DNA of 40,184 nucleotides from a bacterium. GTDB lineage: Bacteria > Hinthialibacterota > Hinthialibacteria > Hinthialibacterales > Hinthialibacteraceae. Position 1 is the first letter of the stretch, and each line of letters begins with the position of its first letter. Positions 21,648 to 31,114 of the stretch are shown here, one piece after another. Where the stretch lies: positions 1-40,184 of the forward strand of contig JBHGBC010000042.1 in NCBI GenBank assembly GCA_041946805.1, given 5' to 3'. The notes under the pieces were generated by a model. It was not told where the DNA came from. It saw only the letters and a list, made by a program, of their open reading frames with translations, and searched no databases. The position numbers were made by a program, and so were the translations under genes.

Positions 21648-24206
21648 TCAACTCCCCGCCTGCACGCCGTACAGCCGGGGAGTGATCCACGTATCCTTTT
21701 TGCTGTTCATCAGCCAGGACAGGCGGTTGTCCCCGGCTTGCAAGGGGACACGGTAGCGCAAGGGCAGCACCTGCTTCGCGGCCGGATCGTACCGGACAAT
21801 GTCCTTGCCGGTCAAGAGGATGTCATTGATAAGCAGGCGGTGGATCCAGGTCACGATCCGTCCTGATTCCTCTTTGAACAGGAACGGTTCGGCATCCGCC
21901 GGCTCGATTTCGAAGCGGTAAATGCCGTTGCGGCCGGCATGGATGGTCCAGGTGATGAAAAAGAGGCCCTGTTCGAGATTGGCGTCCGTCAGAAGGGAGC
22001 CCAGGGGAAAACGGTCCTTGGAGGAATCGGGCAGGATCTCGGTGGTTGGAGGGGAATCCACTCCCGGCAGGAGGGATCCCAGGATCAAGGGATCGCCGTC
22101 CCGGGATTGGATGACGCGCGGAGTGGCGGACGTCACCAAATCCGCCGGATCGCTGATCGGATTCAGTGGGCCCAGGATTTCCAGCGAATTGGGAGTTTGG
22201 ACGACCGGCTTCCATTGAAAGCAATCCACGCCGATGACATACCCGGAGGATTTCGCGTTTTTCTTGCGGGCCACGAAATGCACCTTGGGCTCCTTGGCGG
22301 CGTGGAGAAACGTGGGCGATTCGGAAACGACTTTTTTCGGGACGATGTCGGGGCTGTAGAGATCGACGCCGGGATGGATGATCTGGTCTTCCACTTGGAT
22401 TTCGGTGACCGCGCCCCAGGGACCGCTGGTCATCACGCATTCCAGGTAATACCATCCCGAGAAGGCCGGTTCGGGGGATTCGAGAATCAAAGCCCCGCCC
22501 GGCTGTCCGGCTTCGAAGCGCAGCTGTTGGTTGCCGCTCCAATCCGGGCCGTAAGGAAGCATATCCTGCGGATCGTAGACTCCCCCCACGGTTTCGGCGG
22601 GCAGGCTTTCCGCTTCCAGGGGCAGCACCGTAACCTCTTCCGTGGGGTGGAACTCGATCACGGGCTGGACCGGGGGGGAAACACGGAAACGCCCGCCGCC
22701 GGCGGGAGGCGGCCAAGGATAAGCCGAATGCGGCTCTTCCTGATACCAGAACGCCGTCCCGGCGTAATCCACGCGGAGGCTGTTGGCCGGTCCGTGGGTG
22801 AAAGCCGCCAGGACGCCCTGCTCAAACGCCACGGGGGCGGGCACGAACAGGCGGAACAGGGAGTTGCCCAGGGTGCGGCTATCGGTCCCCCCGGCAAAGA
22901 GCCAATTGACCGTTTGCGCCTTGCCGGCCTGATCGAAAAATCCCAGGAGACTCGCGGGCGGGAAAGGGAGCGGCGGAGAGGATTGATCCAAAAAGAGGGA
23001 GACTTCGCTGTCCGGCAAGGGGACGGCGTGCAGGCCTAAACCCACGAGATGGCCTTTCCCGCGCGTGGAGAGGACTACGTAATTATCGTTGGGATCACCG
23101 ATCAGCCCGTAATTTTTGGAATTCCATTGAAGATTCCGCACGGGGGTTTCGTTTTCCCGCGTCCAGAGGGCGTGAAGGGTGCGAGGGGGAGAGGGGAGTG
23201 TGGTCACGGTCTGGACCGCGAATTTGGCCTCGATTTTGTACATTTGATTGGCTGAATTGTTCTTGAGTTCGAACCGGGCTTCCTTTTGGAACGGCATGGG
23301 CAGGTAGAAGTAGCGCCAGCCGTGCTTGTCCCGCCCGGCCGCCAGGGTTTGGACGGTTCCGCCGAAGAAATCATGCAAGGGAACGCACAGGCTAGGGGAT
23401 TTTTCCTGGTCCCAATAGCCGTTCAGCCAGAGCCAACGGCCGGTTTCCACCCGGCTGTCCGGCCAGCGGATTTGCAGCCCGCGGAGGACGGCGGGACCGG
23501 CGAAGGTGGCGAGGACAATCCGTTCCCCGGCGGCCAGCGAGTAGGTGACGGTATAGGTTTTGAGGTCGTTGCCCTCTTTATACGGTGGCTGGGGGATGGT
23601 TTTGACGGCTTTGACGATCTCACTGAATTTACGTCCGTCCTCTTTGGATAGGGGATAGGGAAACGGCTGCACCGGTTGATGGTCGGGAAAGGTCAGATAT
23701 TCGATTTGGTAATCACACAGCGTTTGCAGAGCGATTTTACAGAATTTCGCGTAGGGGATGGGGATATAGGACCAATGGGCGCCGGGGATCTGGCTTGAAC
23801 TCCGGATGAACGGTTTCTGAAACGGTTTGATCTGGCCTCCGAACAGGTCCGGGAAGGAGACCTGGAGCATGGGCGTGGAGCCGTCGTCGAGGAAAATCCG
23901 GATCAGGCCCGAGGGATTGGGGGACCAGATCCGGCTGATGGCTCCCGGACCCTTCAATTCGGCGATGACAAACCAATCCCCCTCTGGCCGGGGGGCCGCG
24001 GCCTCCGCCCCGGGCGCGGCCTCCGCGTTGGGAGAAGTGATCAGATGCACGGAATATGCGGGAGGGAGATAGAGCGATTGGAGGGAGATCATTTCTTCCA
24101 GCAGCGAGAGAAACGTCACCGCCGGTTGGTTTTTGGCCTGGATGGCGCCAAAACCCGTGAGCAGTAAAATCCCGGTGAGGAAAAGGATTCGTGGGAGCCG
24201 GTACAA
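21648..24206 (-). CDS. Secreted DUF2961/GH172-like multidomain protein with degenerate catalytic motifs
   Basis: Signal peptide; KGPGAISRIW, SYIPIPY, GPAVL, YWDQEKSPSLCVPLHDFFG, YLPMPF, GKGHLVG, TAFWYQ; TTG start. Confidence 0.75.
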   Translation of the reverse strand: MYRLPRILFLTGILLLTGFGAIQAKNQPAVTFLSLLEEMISLQSLYLPPAYSVHLITSPNAEAAPGAEAAAPRPEGDWFVIAELKGPGAISRIWSPNPSGLIRIFLDDGSTPMLQVSFPDLFGGQIKPFQKPFIRSSSQIPGAHWSYIPIPYAKFCKIALQTLCDYQIEYLTFPDHQPVQPFPYPLSKEDGRKFSEIVKAVKTIPQPPYKEGNDLKTYTVTYSLAAGERIVLATFAGPAVLRGLQIRWPDSRVETGRWLWLNGYWDQEKSPSLCVPLHDFFGGTVQTLAAGRDKHGWRYFYLPMPFQKEARFELKNNSANQMYKIEAKFAVQTVTTLPSPPRTLHALWTRENETPVRNLQWNSKNYGLIGDPNDNYVVLSTRGKGHLVGLGLHAVPLPDSEVSLFLDQSSPPLPFPPASLLGFFDQAGKAQTVNWLFAGGTDSRTLGNSLFRLFVPAPVAFEQGVLAAFTHGPANSLRVDYAGTAFWYQEEPHSAYPWPPPAGGGRFRVSPPVQPVIEFHPTEEVTVLPLEAESLPAETVGGVYDPQDMLPYGPDWSGNQQLRFEAGQPGGALILESPEPAFSGWYYLECVMTSGPWGAVTEIQVEDQIIHPGVDLYSPDIVPKKVVSESPTFLHAAKEPKVHFVARKKNAKSSGYVIGVDCFQWKPVVQTPNSLEILGPLNPISDPADLVTSATPRVIQSRDGDPLILGSLLPGVDSPPTTEILPDSSKDRFPLGSLLTDANLEQGLFFITWTIHAGRNGIYRFEIEPADAEPFLFKEESGRIVTWIHRLLINDILLTGKDIVRYDPAAKQVLPLRYRVPLQAGDNRLSWLMNSKKDTWITPRLYGVQAGS

Positions 24207-24211
24207 GTTAC

Positions 24212-25339
24212 CTACCTTGGCTTTCGCGGAGAGGTTGGCACGTCGAACACGAACAACTGGGTACCGCGTTTGACTTCCAGCCGGATGGTTTCATTGGGGC
24301 TGGTGTCGAGGATCTTGTAGTAGATTTTCCACAATTGATTTTCCCGCTCGCCTCCCACGCCAATGATGAGATCGCCCTCCTTGAGGCCGGATTCCGCCGC
24401 GACACTGTTGTCGGCCAGTTCTTCAATCAAAACGCCATCCTCGTCCTGTTTCAAGACCATGCCGGGAATCCAGCCGCGGTCGCGTTTGCCGGTTTTGATG
24501 ATGGACTGGGCGGAATCCACGACGATTTCCGCGGGGGTGACCAGGGTGATCCCCGGGAAATTACCGATGTGGAACTCCGTGGCGATCATGCCGATCAATT
24601 GTCCCGAGGGGCTGAAAACGGGCGAGCCTTCGTTGCCCGGGTAGAAGGGCAAATCGGTTTGGATATAGCGCTCGTACTCGAACAGGTTCATTTTCCGGTA
24701 ATAGCCGCCGATCATGCCCGAAAAGGGCGACGCGGGTAAGGCATAAGGGCGTTGAATGGTCATGATATAGGAAGCCACCGGCAACTGGTCGGCCACGCGG
24801 TTGAGGTCCACGAAACTGGTGAAGGTCACATCGTTCACCCGCAGGACGGCGACGCCCATCATTTCATCGACGCCCAACAACTCCGCCTGGGCCACTTTGC
24901 GGAAATCGTCCTCGATGGTGATCGTGCCCCCCAGCGTGGCGCTTTTGACAATGGAGGCCAGGGTGACCACATGATGCGAATCGATGGCGAAGCCGGCTCC
25001 ACGCACCCGGTTGTTGGCCAGCATTTGGGTTTTCATGATGTACAGCTTGCGCTGCCACTGCACGGTCAGGTTGCTGAACAATTGCTGCGACAGGACGGAA
25101 TCGGATCCCTCGGCGATGATATCCGAGGAGGATTCCTGCAAATCCCGGAACTGGTTCATCAACTCTTCCATGCGGTGGAGGATGAATTCCTTGGGGATCT
25201 CCACGTTGATGGAGAAGACGGCGGGAGAGTAGCGGGAAAAGGTTTCGTAAACCGCCCAATCTCCTTGCGACTGGGATGCCGGGGGGGAGGCCAGCCAGGT
25301 CCCCAGGGCGCAAAAGAGAATGCTCGCAAACCGTTTCAT
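24212..25339 (-). CDS. HtrA/S1C-like trypsin-fold plus PDZ protein lacking the catalytic triad
   Basis: GAGFAID, VVTLASIV, DEMMGVAVLRV, YIQTDLPFYPGNEGSPVF, PDZ-like RGWIPG..AAESGLKEGDLII; signal peptide. Confidence 0.8.
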   Translation of the reverse strand: MKRFASILFCALGTWLASPPASQSQGDWAVYETFSRYSPAVFSINVEIPKEFILHRMEELMNQFRDLQESSSDIIAEGSDSVLSQQLFSNLTVQWQRKLYIMKTQMLANNRVRGAGFAIDSHHVVTLASIVKSATLGGTITIEDDFRKVAQAELLGVDEMMGVAVLRVNDVTFTSFVDLNRVADQLPVASYIMTIQRPYALPASPFSGMIGGYYRKMNLFEYERYIQTDLPFYPGNEGSPVFSPSGQLIGMIATEFHIGNFPGITLVTPAEIVVDSAQSIIKTGKRDRGWIPGMVLKQDEDGVLIEELADNSVAAESGLKEGDLIIGVGGERENQLWKIYYKILDTSPNETIRLEVKRGTQLFVFDVPTSPRKPR

Positions 25340-25658
25340 GCCAAGTCTCCAACCTCAAGATCAACCGTTCTTGAACAACGCTTTTCCCCTACCGAAGTAA
25401 CGGCCGGAGAGCGGGGTTGCGGGGCTGGAATGCCCCATACCCCAGAACGAGCATCGGGAATACCAGCCGGCCGTGATTTGGAACCGTGACGAGAGACTGT
25501 GATTTCATTTGCCCAAAACGACAAATTGCCATTTCCAGAAAATCCCGGGCGGGAGCGAGATCCCCGGAAGATGTCATGCAATCTATTATCGGGGGGAATA
25601 TACCATATTTGAGGAAATTCCGCAGCTCCGCCCGGGGGAAGTGAGAAGTTTCATGTTT

Positions 25659-25810
25659 GTCTGAATCAGGATGGTCAGGATGTAAAGGATGAACAGGATA
25701 TTGATGGGTTACGCGCCGCGCGCTAACCCATCCTGCCCGGCGAACCCACCCTACAGGCTTCTGAAGGAGCGGGTGGGATGGATTACGCGATGCGGGCGAA
25801 TCCATCCCAC
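25659..25810. repeat. REP-like mosaic: inverted 9-bp module plus GTAG-type hairpins
   Basis: GTCTGAATCAGGATGGTCAGGATG.., GATGGGTTACGCGCCGCGCGCTAACCCATCCTGC, GTGGGATGGATT..AATCCATCCCAC. Confidence 0.8.
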
Positions 25811-25850
25811 CGTGCTCGTTCCATCGTTCCCAGGCCGGCCGGGGCGGTGA

Positions 25851-26957
25851 TCAAGGAAACTCGTCCACGGGATCCAACTGATCGAGCCAATAGGCGGAAT
25901 CGTCCCGGTGGAATATCATCATTTTTCCGATTTGGGTTTCGTCCACGGCCCGGTGATACCGCATGTAGATGAAGTCATCGTCCACGCCGACGATTTCGAT
26001 CTTGCCGGTTTCATGCGACATGACGAAACGCGCCCGGGCGGCGAGGCCGGAGGTGAAGCGGACGGCGTTCTGGTAGATCCAGAAACCGCGGACGATGGGC
26101 ACCTCATAGGGTTCGTTCCCCGCGACTGGCCGTCCCTGGAACAAGTAATAGGGAGGGCAACCAATGAAGGAGAGCAGACGGAACAGCGAGGCGAGGATTT
26201 CCGGGTCGTCGTTCACGCCCTTGATGACCGGGCACTGGTTGCAGCAGATCACGCCCCGGCGGATGCACTGGTCGATGGCCGCCACCGCCGGTTCGGTCAG
26301 TTCCCGCGGGTGGTCGAAATGGGCCATGAGGTACAGCCGCTTGTCCGCCCGGCTGATCCGTTCGAACAGATCCAGCAATTCGGGATTGTCCAGGATGCAC
26401 CAGGGATCGAAGGCCGGCATCTTGCTGCCGATGCGGATGATCTGGACATGGGGTATGCGGCGCAGCGATTCCAGGATGTAGGTCAAGCGCCGGGTGGAGA
26501 GGAGCAGCGGATCGCCGCCGGTGAGCAGCACGTTGGTCACGCGGGGATTTTCGGCGATGTAATTCAGCCCATCGTTCACATTCAAGGACGCTTCATGGTT
26601 TTCGTCCATGAACAGGCGTTTGCGGAAGCAATAGCGGCAATACGCGCCACAAACTTCGTTGCAAAGCAGCAAGACCGTGGAATGGTACTTGTGCTGGACT
26701 CCCCGCGCCTTGGTGTAGGTCCCTTCGTTGCTGGCGTCCAGGCGGCCCCAATCGTTGAGTTCGCCCTCCCGGGGAATAATCAGGTTGCGGATGGGATCCT
26801 CGGGATCGGATTCGTCGATCAGGCTCAGGTAATAATCGTTGGCGCGGAAGACATATTTTTCCGCCACCGGCCGCAACCGGTTTTGTTCGCGGGGGGACAG
26901 AAAGGGAACCTGGCTCAAATCGCGAATATAATGGGTTTTGCGAGGTTTTACGTACAT
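25851..26957 (-). CDS. KamA-family radical SAM/PLP aminomutase-like protein
   Basis: AAGGAGG RBS; HKY, CGAYCRYCFRKR, VLLTGGDPL, IIRIGSK, HFDHPRE, NQCPVIKGVND, PYYLFQ, HETGKIEI. Confidence 0.9.
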   Translation of the reverse strand: MYVKPRKTHYIRDLSQVPFLSPREQNRLRPVAEKYVFRANDYYLSLIDESDPEDPIRNLIIPREGELNDWGRLDASNEGTYTKARGVQHKYHSTVLLLCNEVCGAYCRYCFRKRLFMDENHEASLNVNDGLNYIAENPRVTNVLLTGGDPLLLSTRRLTYILESLRRIPHVQIIRIGSKMPAFDPWCILDNPELLDLFERISRADKRLYLMAHFDHPRELTEPAVAAIDQCIRRGVICCNQCPVIKGVNDDPEILASLFRLLSFIGCPPYYLFQGRPVAGNEPYEVPIVRGFWIYQNAVRFTSGLAARARFVMSHETGKIEIVGVDDDFIYMRYHRAVDETQIGKMMIFHRDDSAYWLDQLDPVDEFP

Positions 26958-27125
26958 GGCTAACCTCCTTCCGGTTCTTGAAGCTAGGGAGTGAATTTCA
27001 GAAAGAGTAGGAAAAAGAGGGCAGGAAAGGTTTGCGTGCCTGCCGGGATTTGCCCTCGAGAAAGGATTCAGAACAATCAGTTTCTCTACTGCAAAATCCT
27101 GCCTGGACGTGGACGAGTAAAGAGC

Positions 27126-27155
27126 AGTATAACACAGGGAGGCGGGATGGGACAA
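27126..27155 (-). promoter_or_regulatory. sigma70-type promoter of the KamA-family gene (about 160-nt leader)
   Basis: Minus strand TTGTCC-N18-TATACT with extended -10 TG. Confidence 0.5.
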
Positions 27156-27325
27156 GGAAAAAAGGAATAAAAATAACGATATTATTTGTATAATTGATAA
27201 CGTTATAACTTTAGGATGAATCAGCCGAGCGCAAAACGGAATACACCGGTTCAAGATTTACATGCCGGCGCCAATTGGTTTTATCAACCATGAATGGATT
27301 CGGCCGACCTGAAGGGATTGGCGTT

Positions 27326-27739
27326 CTACAAAAGCAGGAAGGAAGCGATTTCGAGGATGTCGTTTTTGCGGAAGGGTTTGGTGAGGTAGTAGCGGACCCC
27401 GATATCCCGGCTGCGTTTTCTGGATTCCTCGTTGGGGCAGGCGGTGGTCAAAACGATCTTGGAGGCGGGTTTTTGGCTGCGGATTTGGGTGGCGAATTCG
27501 AGGCCATCCAGGCGGGGCATGTTTTTATCGACGATCATGAGGTCGAAGTCGTGCGCGAGGGCGCAGCCGACGGCGGATACGGGATCGGAAAGCCGGGTGA
27601 CCCGGCAACCCTGGAGGGAAAATATTTCATCCAGGGCTTCCGCGTAGTCATCGTCGTCATCCACAATGAGGATACTCTTTCCGGTCAGAAAGTCCCGCAG
27701 AACGCGGTGGGATTTATCCTGGACATCAAGCATGATCAA
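27326..27739 (-). CDS. Single-domain response regulator (receiver)
   Basis: ILIVDDD, IVDKNMPRLDG, VLTTA, LTKPF. Confidence 0.9.
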   Translation of the reverse strand: MIMLDVQDKSHRVLRDFLTGKSILIVDDDDDYAEALDEIFSLQGCRVTRLSDPVSAVGCALAHDFDLMIVDKNMPRLDGLEFATQIRSQKPASKIVLTTACPNEESRKRSRDIGVRYYLTKPFRKNDILEIASFLLL

Positions 27740-27826
27740 TCACCCAAACCGTAAATAAAGCAGTAAATGTGCCAAAGTGAATAATCGACGCTCCACCGAG
27801 CCGGCTCAAGGATCCAAGGACAGGTC

Positions 27827-29200
27827 CTAGGCGAGTTTCGGGAGCCGGCGGTAGAGAGAACTGCGGGAGAGGCCAAGGATGCGCGCGGCCTCTTCCTTGT
27901 TGCCCGCGACCTGTTTCAAGGTCTTGCGAATGATTTCCAATTCCGCGTCTTCGAGGGTAGAACCAATGGGAATCACAATATGTTTGGAGGGATCGAACGG
28001 TTCCGGCTCCGATTTTTCATCTTCGCCGGAGCGGTGTAGGATGATTTCCTCGGGGAGTTCCTTCAAGGTGACGCGCGGTCCCGAGGCGAAGATCGCGGAA
28101 TGCTCGACGGTATGTTGCAGTTCACGCACATTGCCCGGCCAGGGGTAATTGAAAAACAGATCCATCACCTCGGGGGCGAAGTCGAATAGTTCCTTGCCGG
28201 TTTCCTCACTGTATCGTTTCAGGAACGCTTGTGCCAGAATTGGGATATCCTCGGGGCGTTCGTGCAGGGGGGGGATATGAATTTGGACGACCTTCAAGCG
28301 GTAATAAAGGTCCTCGCGGAACTTTTTTTCCTGAATGCTTTGCTGAAGGTCTTTGTTGGTGGCGGCGATGACCCGCACGTCGACGCGGATGGTGGCGCTG
28401 CTGCCCACCCGTTCCAGTTCCGAGTCCTGGAGGAAGCGAAGGAGGCGTTGCTGGGCGCTGGCCGACATTTCGCCGATTTCGTTGAGGAAGATGGTACCCC
28501 CGTCCGCCAGTTCGAAGCGGCCCTTGCGGTCCTTGATGGCGCCGGTGAAGGAACCGCGCACGTGGCCGAAGAGTTCGGATTCGAGGAGGGATTCGGGCAG
28601 GGAGGCGCAATCGACCTTGATGAGGGGTTTGTCGTTGCGGCGGCTTTGTTCGTGGATTTCCTGGGCCACCTGGTCCTTGCCGGTGCCGGTCTGGCCGGTG
28701 ATGAGGACGGTGCTGCGGGTGGGGGCCACCTGTTCGATGATGTGGAAGATACGCCGCATGGCGGGCGATTTACCCAGGAGGCGTCCGGAATAGCGGGCGA
28801 TTTGCCGCCGCCATTCTTCCCGTTCCTCGGCGAGGCGTTTTTGTTCGATGGCGCGGTCGACCACAACGCGCAGTTCTTTCAGGCGGATGGGCTTGGTGAG
28901 ATAGTCTTGGGCGCCGAGGCGCATGGCCTCCACGGCGGTATCGACCTCGTTGATGCCGGTGAGCATGATGACCTGGGTGTCCTGCTTGATTTCCTTGATA
29001 TGGCGCAGGACTTCGATGCCGTCAGTCCCGGGGAGCATGATGTCGCAGGTGACAACGTCGATATCATGGGTGGAGAACAGTTCCAGGGCCTCTTCGCCGG
29101 TTTTGGCTTCGAGGAACTCGAAGTCCTTGCCTTCCAGGGATTCGCGCACGACTTCCCGGGAAGTGGCGTCATCGTCGATGATCAAAATCGTCCGCGCCAC
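27827..29200 (-). CDS. NtrC-family sigma54-dependent response regulator (REC-AAA+-HTH)
   Basis: Receiver domain; GQTGTGKD, ESELFGH, GSFTGA, IFLNEIGE, FREDLYYRL, WPGNVREL; Fis-type HTH AARILGLSRSSLYRR. Confidence 0.95.
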   Translation of the reverse strand: MARTILIIDDDATSREVVRESLEGKDFEFLEAKTGEEALELFSTHDIDVVTCDIMLPGTDGIEVLRHIKEIKQDTQVIMLTGINEVDTAVEAMRLGAQDYLTKPIRLKELRVVVDRAIEQKRLAEEREEWRRQIARYSGRLLGKSPAMRRIFHIIEQVAPTRSTVLITGQTGTGKDQVAQEIHEQSRRNDKPLIKVDCASLPESLLESELFGHVRGSFTGAIKDRKGRFELADGGTIFLNEIGEMSASAQQRLLRFLQDSELERVGSSATIRVDVRVIAATNKDLQQSIQEKKFREDLYYRLKVVQIHIPPLHERPEDIPILAQAFLKRYSEETGKELFDFAPEVMDLFFNYPWPGNVRELQHTVEHSAIFASGPRVTLKELPEEIILHRSGEDEKSEPEPFDPSKHIVIPIGSTLEDAELEIIRKTLKQVAGNKEEAARILGLSRSSLYRRLPKLA

Positions 29201-29202
29201 GG

Positions 29203-30348
29203 TTATGCCGCCTCATCACCGCCAAGGGGGATCGTGATCCGCACGCGCGTGCCTTGGCCCTCGGCCGAATCAATCACCAATGTACCCTGATGATTTTCCA
29301 CAATTTCGCGCGCCAGATAAAGCCCCAGGCCGGTACCGATGCTCTTGGTGGTGGTGAAGGGATCGAAGATGGTTTCCTGGATTTGGGCGGGGATGCCGGG
29401 TCCGTTGTCCGAGACCAGGAACTCGAGTGCGCCTTCGCCGCGAGTCACGCGCATTTCGATGCGGCCGTCCCGTTTGTGCGAGAGTTGGAGGGCCTCCACC
29501 GAGTTCCGCACCAGGTTGGCGAACACCCGCTGGAATTGTTGGGGATCCAGGTAGGCGGTGGTGAGGTCATCGGCCACGGAAAACGCGAAGGAGACACCGT
29601 CGGCGGAATGATGTTCGCGCAGTTCGGCCTCCAGATCCTCCATGAATTTATGGAGATCGACATCCTCGCGCTCGTTCATGCGGATCTTGGAGATTTGGAG
29701 GTAATTATTGGCGATTTCCTCCAGCCGCGAGATCTGGCGTTTGATATCGGAGACGTATTTTTCCAAGACGGCGCGGTGCTGGCCGGGATCGCCCTTGCCC
29801 CAATTTTCGAAGGCCATTTCCAGGCGTTCCACCATCAAGTCGGATTTCAAGAACAGAACGCCCAGGGGATTGCGGATTTCGTGGGCGACCTTGGCGGCCA
29901 CCTTGGCCATGGCGTTGTCCCGCTGCAGGGTTTCCACCTGTTTTTGGAGTTTTTTCTTTTCGGAGATGTCCTTGAAAATGACCAGGAACGCCACCGTTTT
30001 CCCGCGCGCGTCCTGCAGGGGGACCCGGGTCAGCAGGACGGGGACCGATTTGCCTTTTTTGTGGACGCGGACGGTTTCCTCATGAAACACGCCGCCCTCC
30101 CGGATCTGGCGTTGGAGTCCCGCGCGGACCGCGTTCCGCAGTTCGTGGGGCACGATGTTGAAAATCTCCTGTCCGAGGATTTCCTCCCGGCTGTACCCGA
30201 GCAGACGTTCCGCGCCGGTGGTCCAGGAGACGATCCGGCCGTCCTTGTCGATGCGCGCGATGCCATCGGTGGCGCCTTCCACGATGGCCGACAAAATCAC
30301 ATCTTCATCAATTCCCGCCGTCAGGGGTTTTTCGGGAAATGTGTTCAT
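29203..30348 (-). CDS. Cytoplasmic PAS-domain histidine kinase
   Basis: PAS (WTTGAERLLGYSREEILG, RVHKKG), AHEIRNPL, NLVRNS, DNGPGI, GTGLGL; 2 bp from the NtrC-like gene. Confidence 0.93.
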   Translation of the reverse strand: MNTFPEKPLTAGIDEDVILSAIVEGATDGIARIDKDGRIVSWTTGAERLLGYSREEILGQEIFNIVPHELRNAVRAGLQRQIREGGVFHEETVRVHKKGKSVPVLLTRVPLQDARGKTVAFLVIFKDISEKKKLQKQVETLQRDNAMAKVAAKVAHEIRNPLGVLFLKSDLMVERLEMAFENWGKGDPGQHRAVLEKYVSDIKRQISRLEEIANNYLQISKIRMNEREDVDLHKFMEDLEAELREHHSADGVSFAFSVADDLTTAYLDPQQFQRVFANLVRNSVEALQLSHKRDGRIEMRVTRGEGALEFLVSDNGPGIPAQIQETIFDPFTTTKSIGTGLGLYLAREIVENHQGTLVIDSAEGQGTRVRITIPLGGDEAA

Positions 30349-31025
30349 GACCCTATCCCTTCACCAATCACAACGCTGAAAGGAGAAAATTAACGGTTCA
30401 TCCGGCACGTGAGAACCTGATGGGCGAAATCGTGTTTCCATTTCATTACTCCGAACCGCAAGGGAAAACTTTCATCCGAAGCAATCCTTGGAACTAACCG
30501 AGGGGATAGACGCCGATGAAAGGCTTTCCCTCACTCTCGCCCTCTCCCGGAGTGAGAGGGGATAAATTCCTTTGGCCGCAATCATCCCAGGGCTAGTTCA
30601 AATACTAAAATACATCTTTCCCTTCAGATCCATCCAGAGATACTCGGTTGGCGTTCAATCATCCGTCGTGGATATCGGTAAATACTTCGTTACGAAATAT
30701 CAACGGAACCGGGAAAACCGATATGCGCTGGCCGGATGAACCTATATTCTCATGCACATTCACCCGGCACTTTCCGGGGTGGATACCGAAGTCCGTCCTG
30801 TTTAATCCCTCACCTAATCCTTTTCCCAAGGGAGAGAGGATGGGGGGGTGGATCATGCCGGCCCATTCGCAGGAATACCGATGCCACCTTGTAGAAAATA
30901 TCAGATGGCAGAAAAAAGACCGCGCCTACCTGCTCAATCCGCTTGATACTCCGGGATGAGATTGATTACTTCCTGGGTAGACACCAGCCGTATCGTCATA
31001 AACCATACACGGAATCCCCAAAATG

Positions 31026-31058
31026 AAAAAGACGGAACCAACCCTCTCGGTTCCGTCT
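31026..31058 (-). terminator. Intrinsic terminator downstream of the Pal/OmpA gene
   Basis: AGACGGAACC/GGTTCCGTCT stem followed by a T5 tract on the minus strand. Confidence 0.7.
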
Positions 31059-31114
31059 CACAAACCAAGTGAAAATTCCCAATCCGGGATTACACGAGGC
31101 AAAAATCGGGCGAA

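Noticed and set aside
25415..25475. ATACCCCAGAAC..ATCGGGAATACCAGC resembles part of a TPP riboswitch
   Set aside because: Lacks CUGAGA, lies antisense to the adjacent gene, and no thiamine-related gene follows
26958..27254. N-terminal extensions in the ORF track (kamA from 27254, AKR from 16784, GH1 from 13703, FGE from 40164, antitoxin from 37275)
   Set aside because: They run through promoters, REPs or attC sites; downstream starts have clear RBSs or match family N-termini
30400..31020. Small ORFs 30648-30959 and 30659-30856
   Set aside because: No RBS or motifs, and they overlap REP-like hairpins
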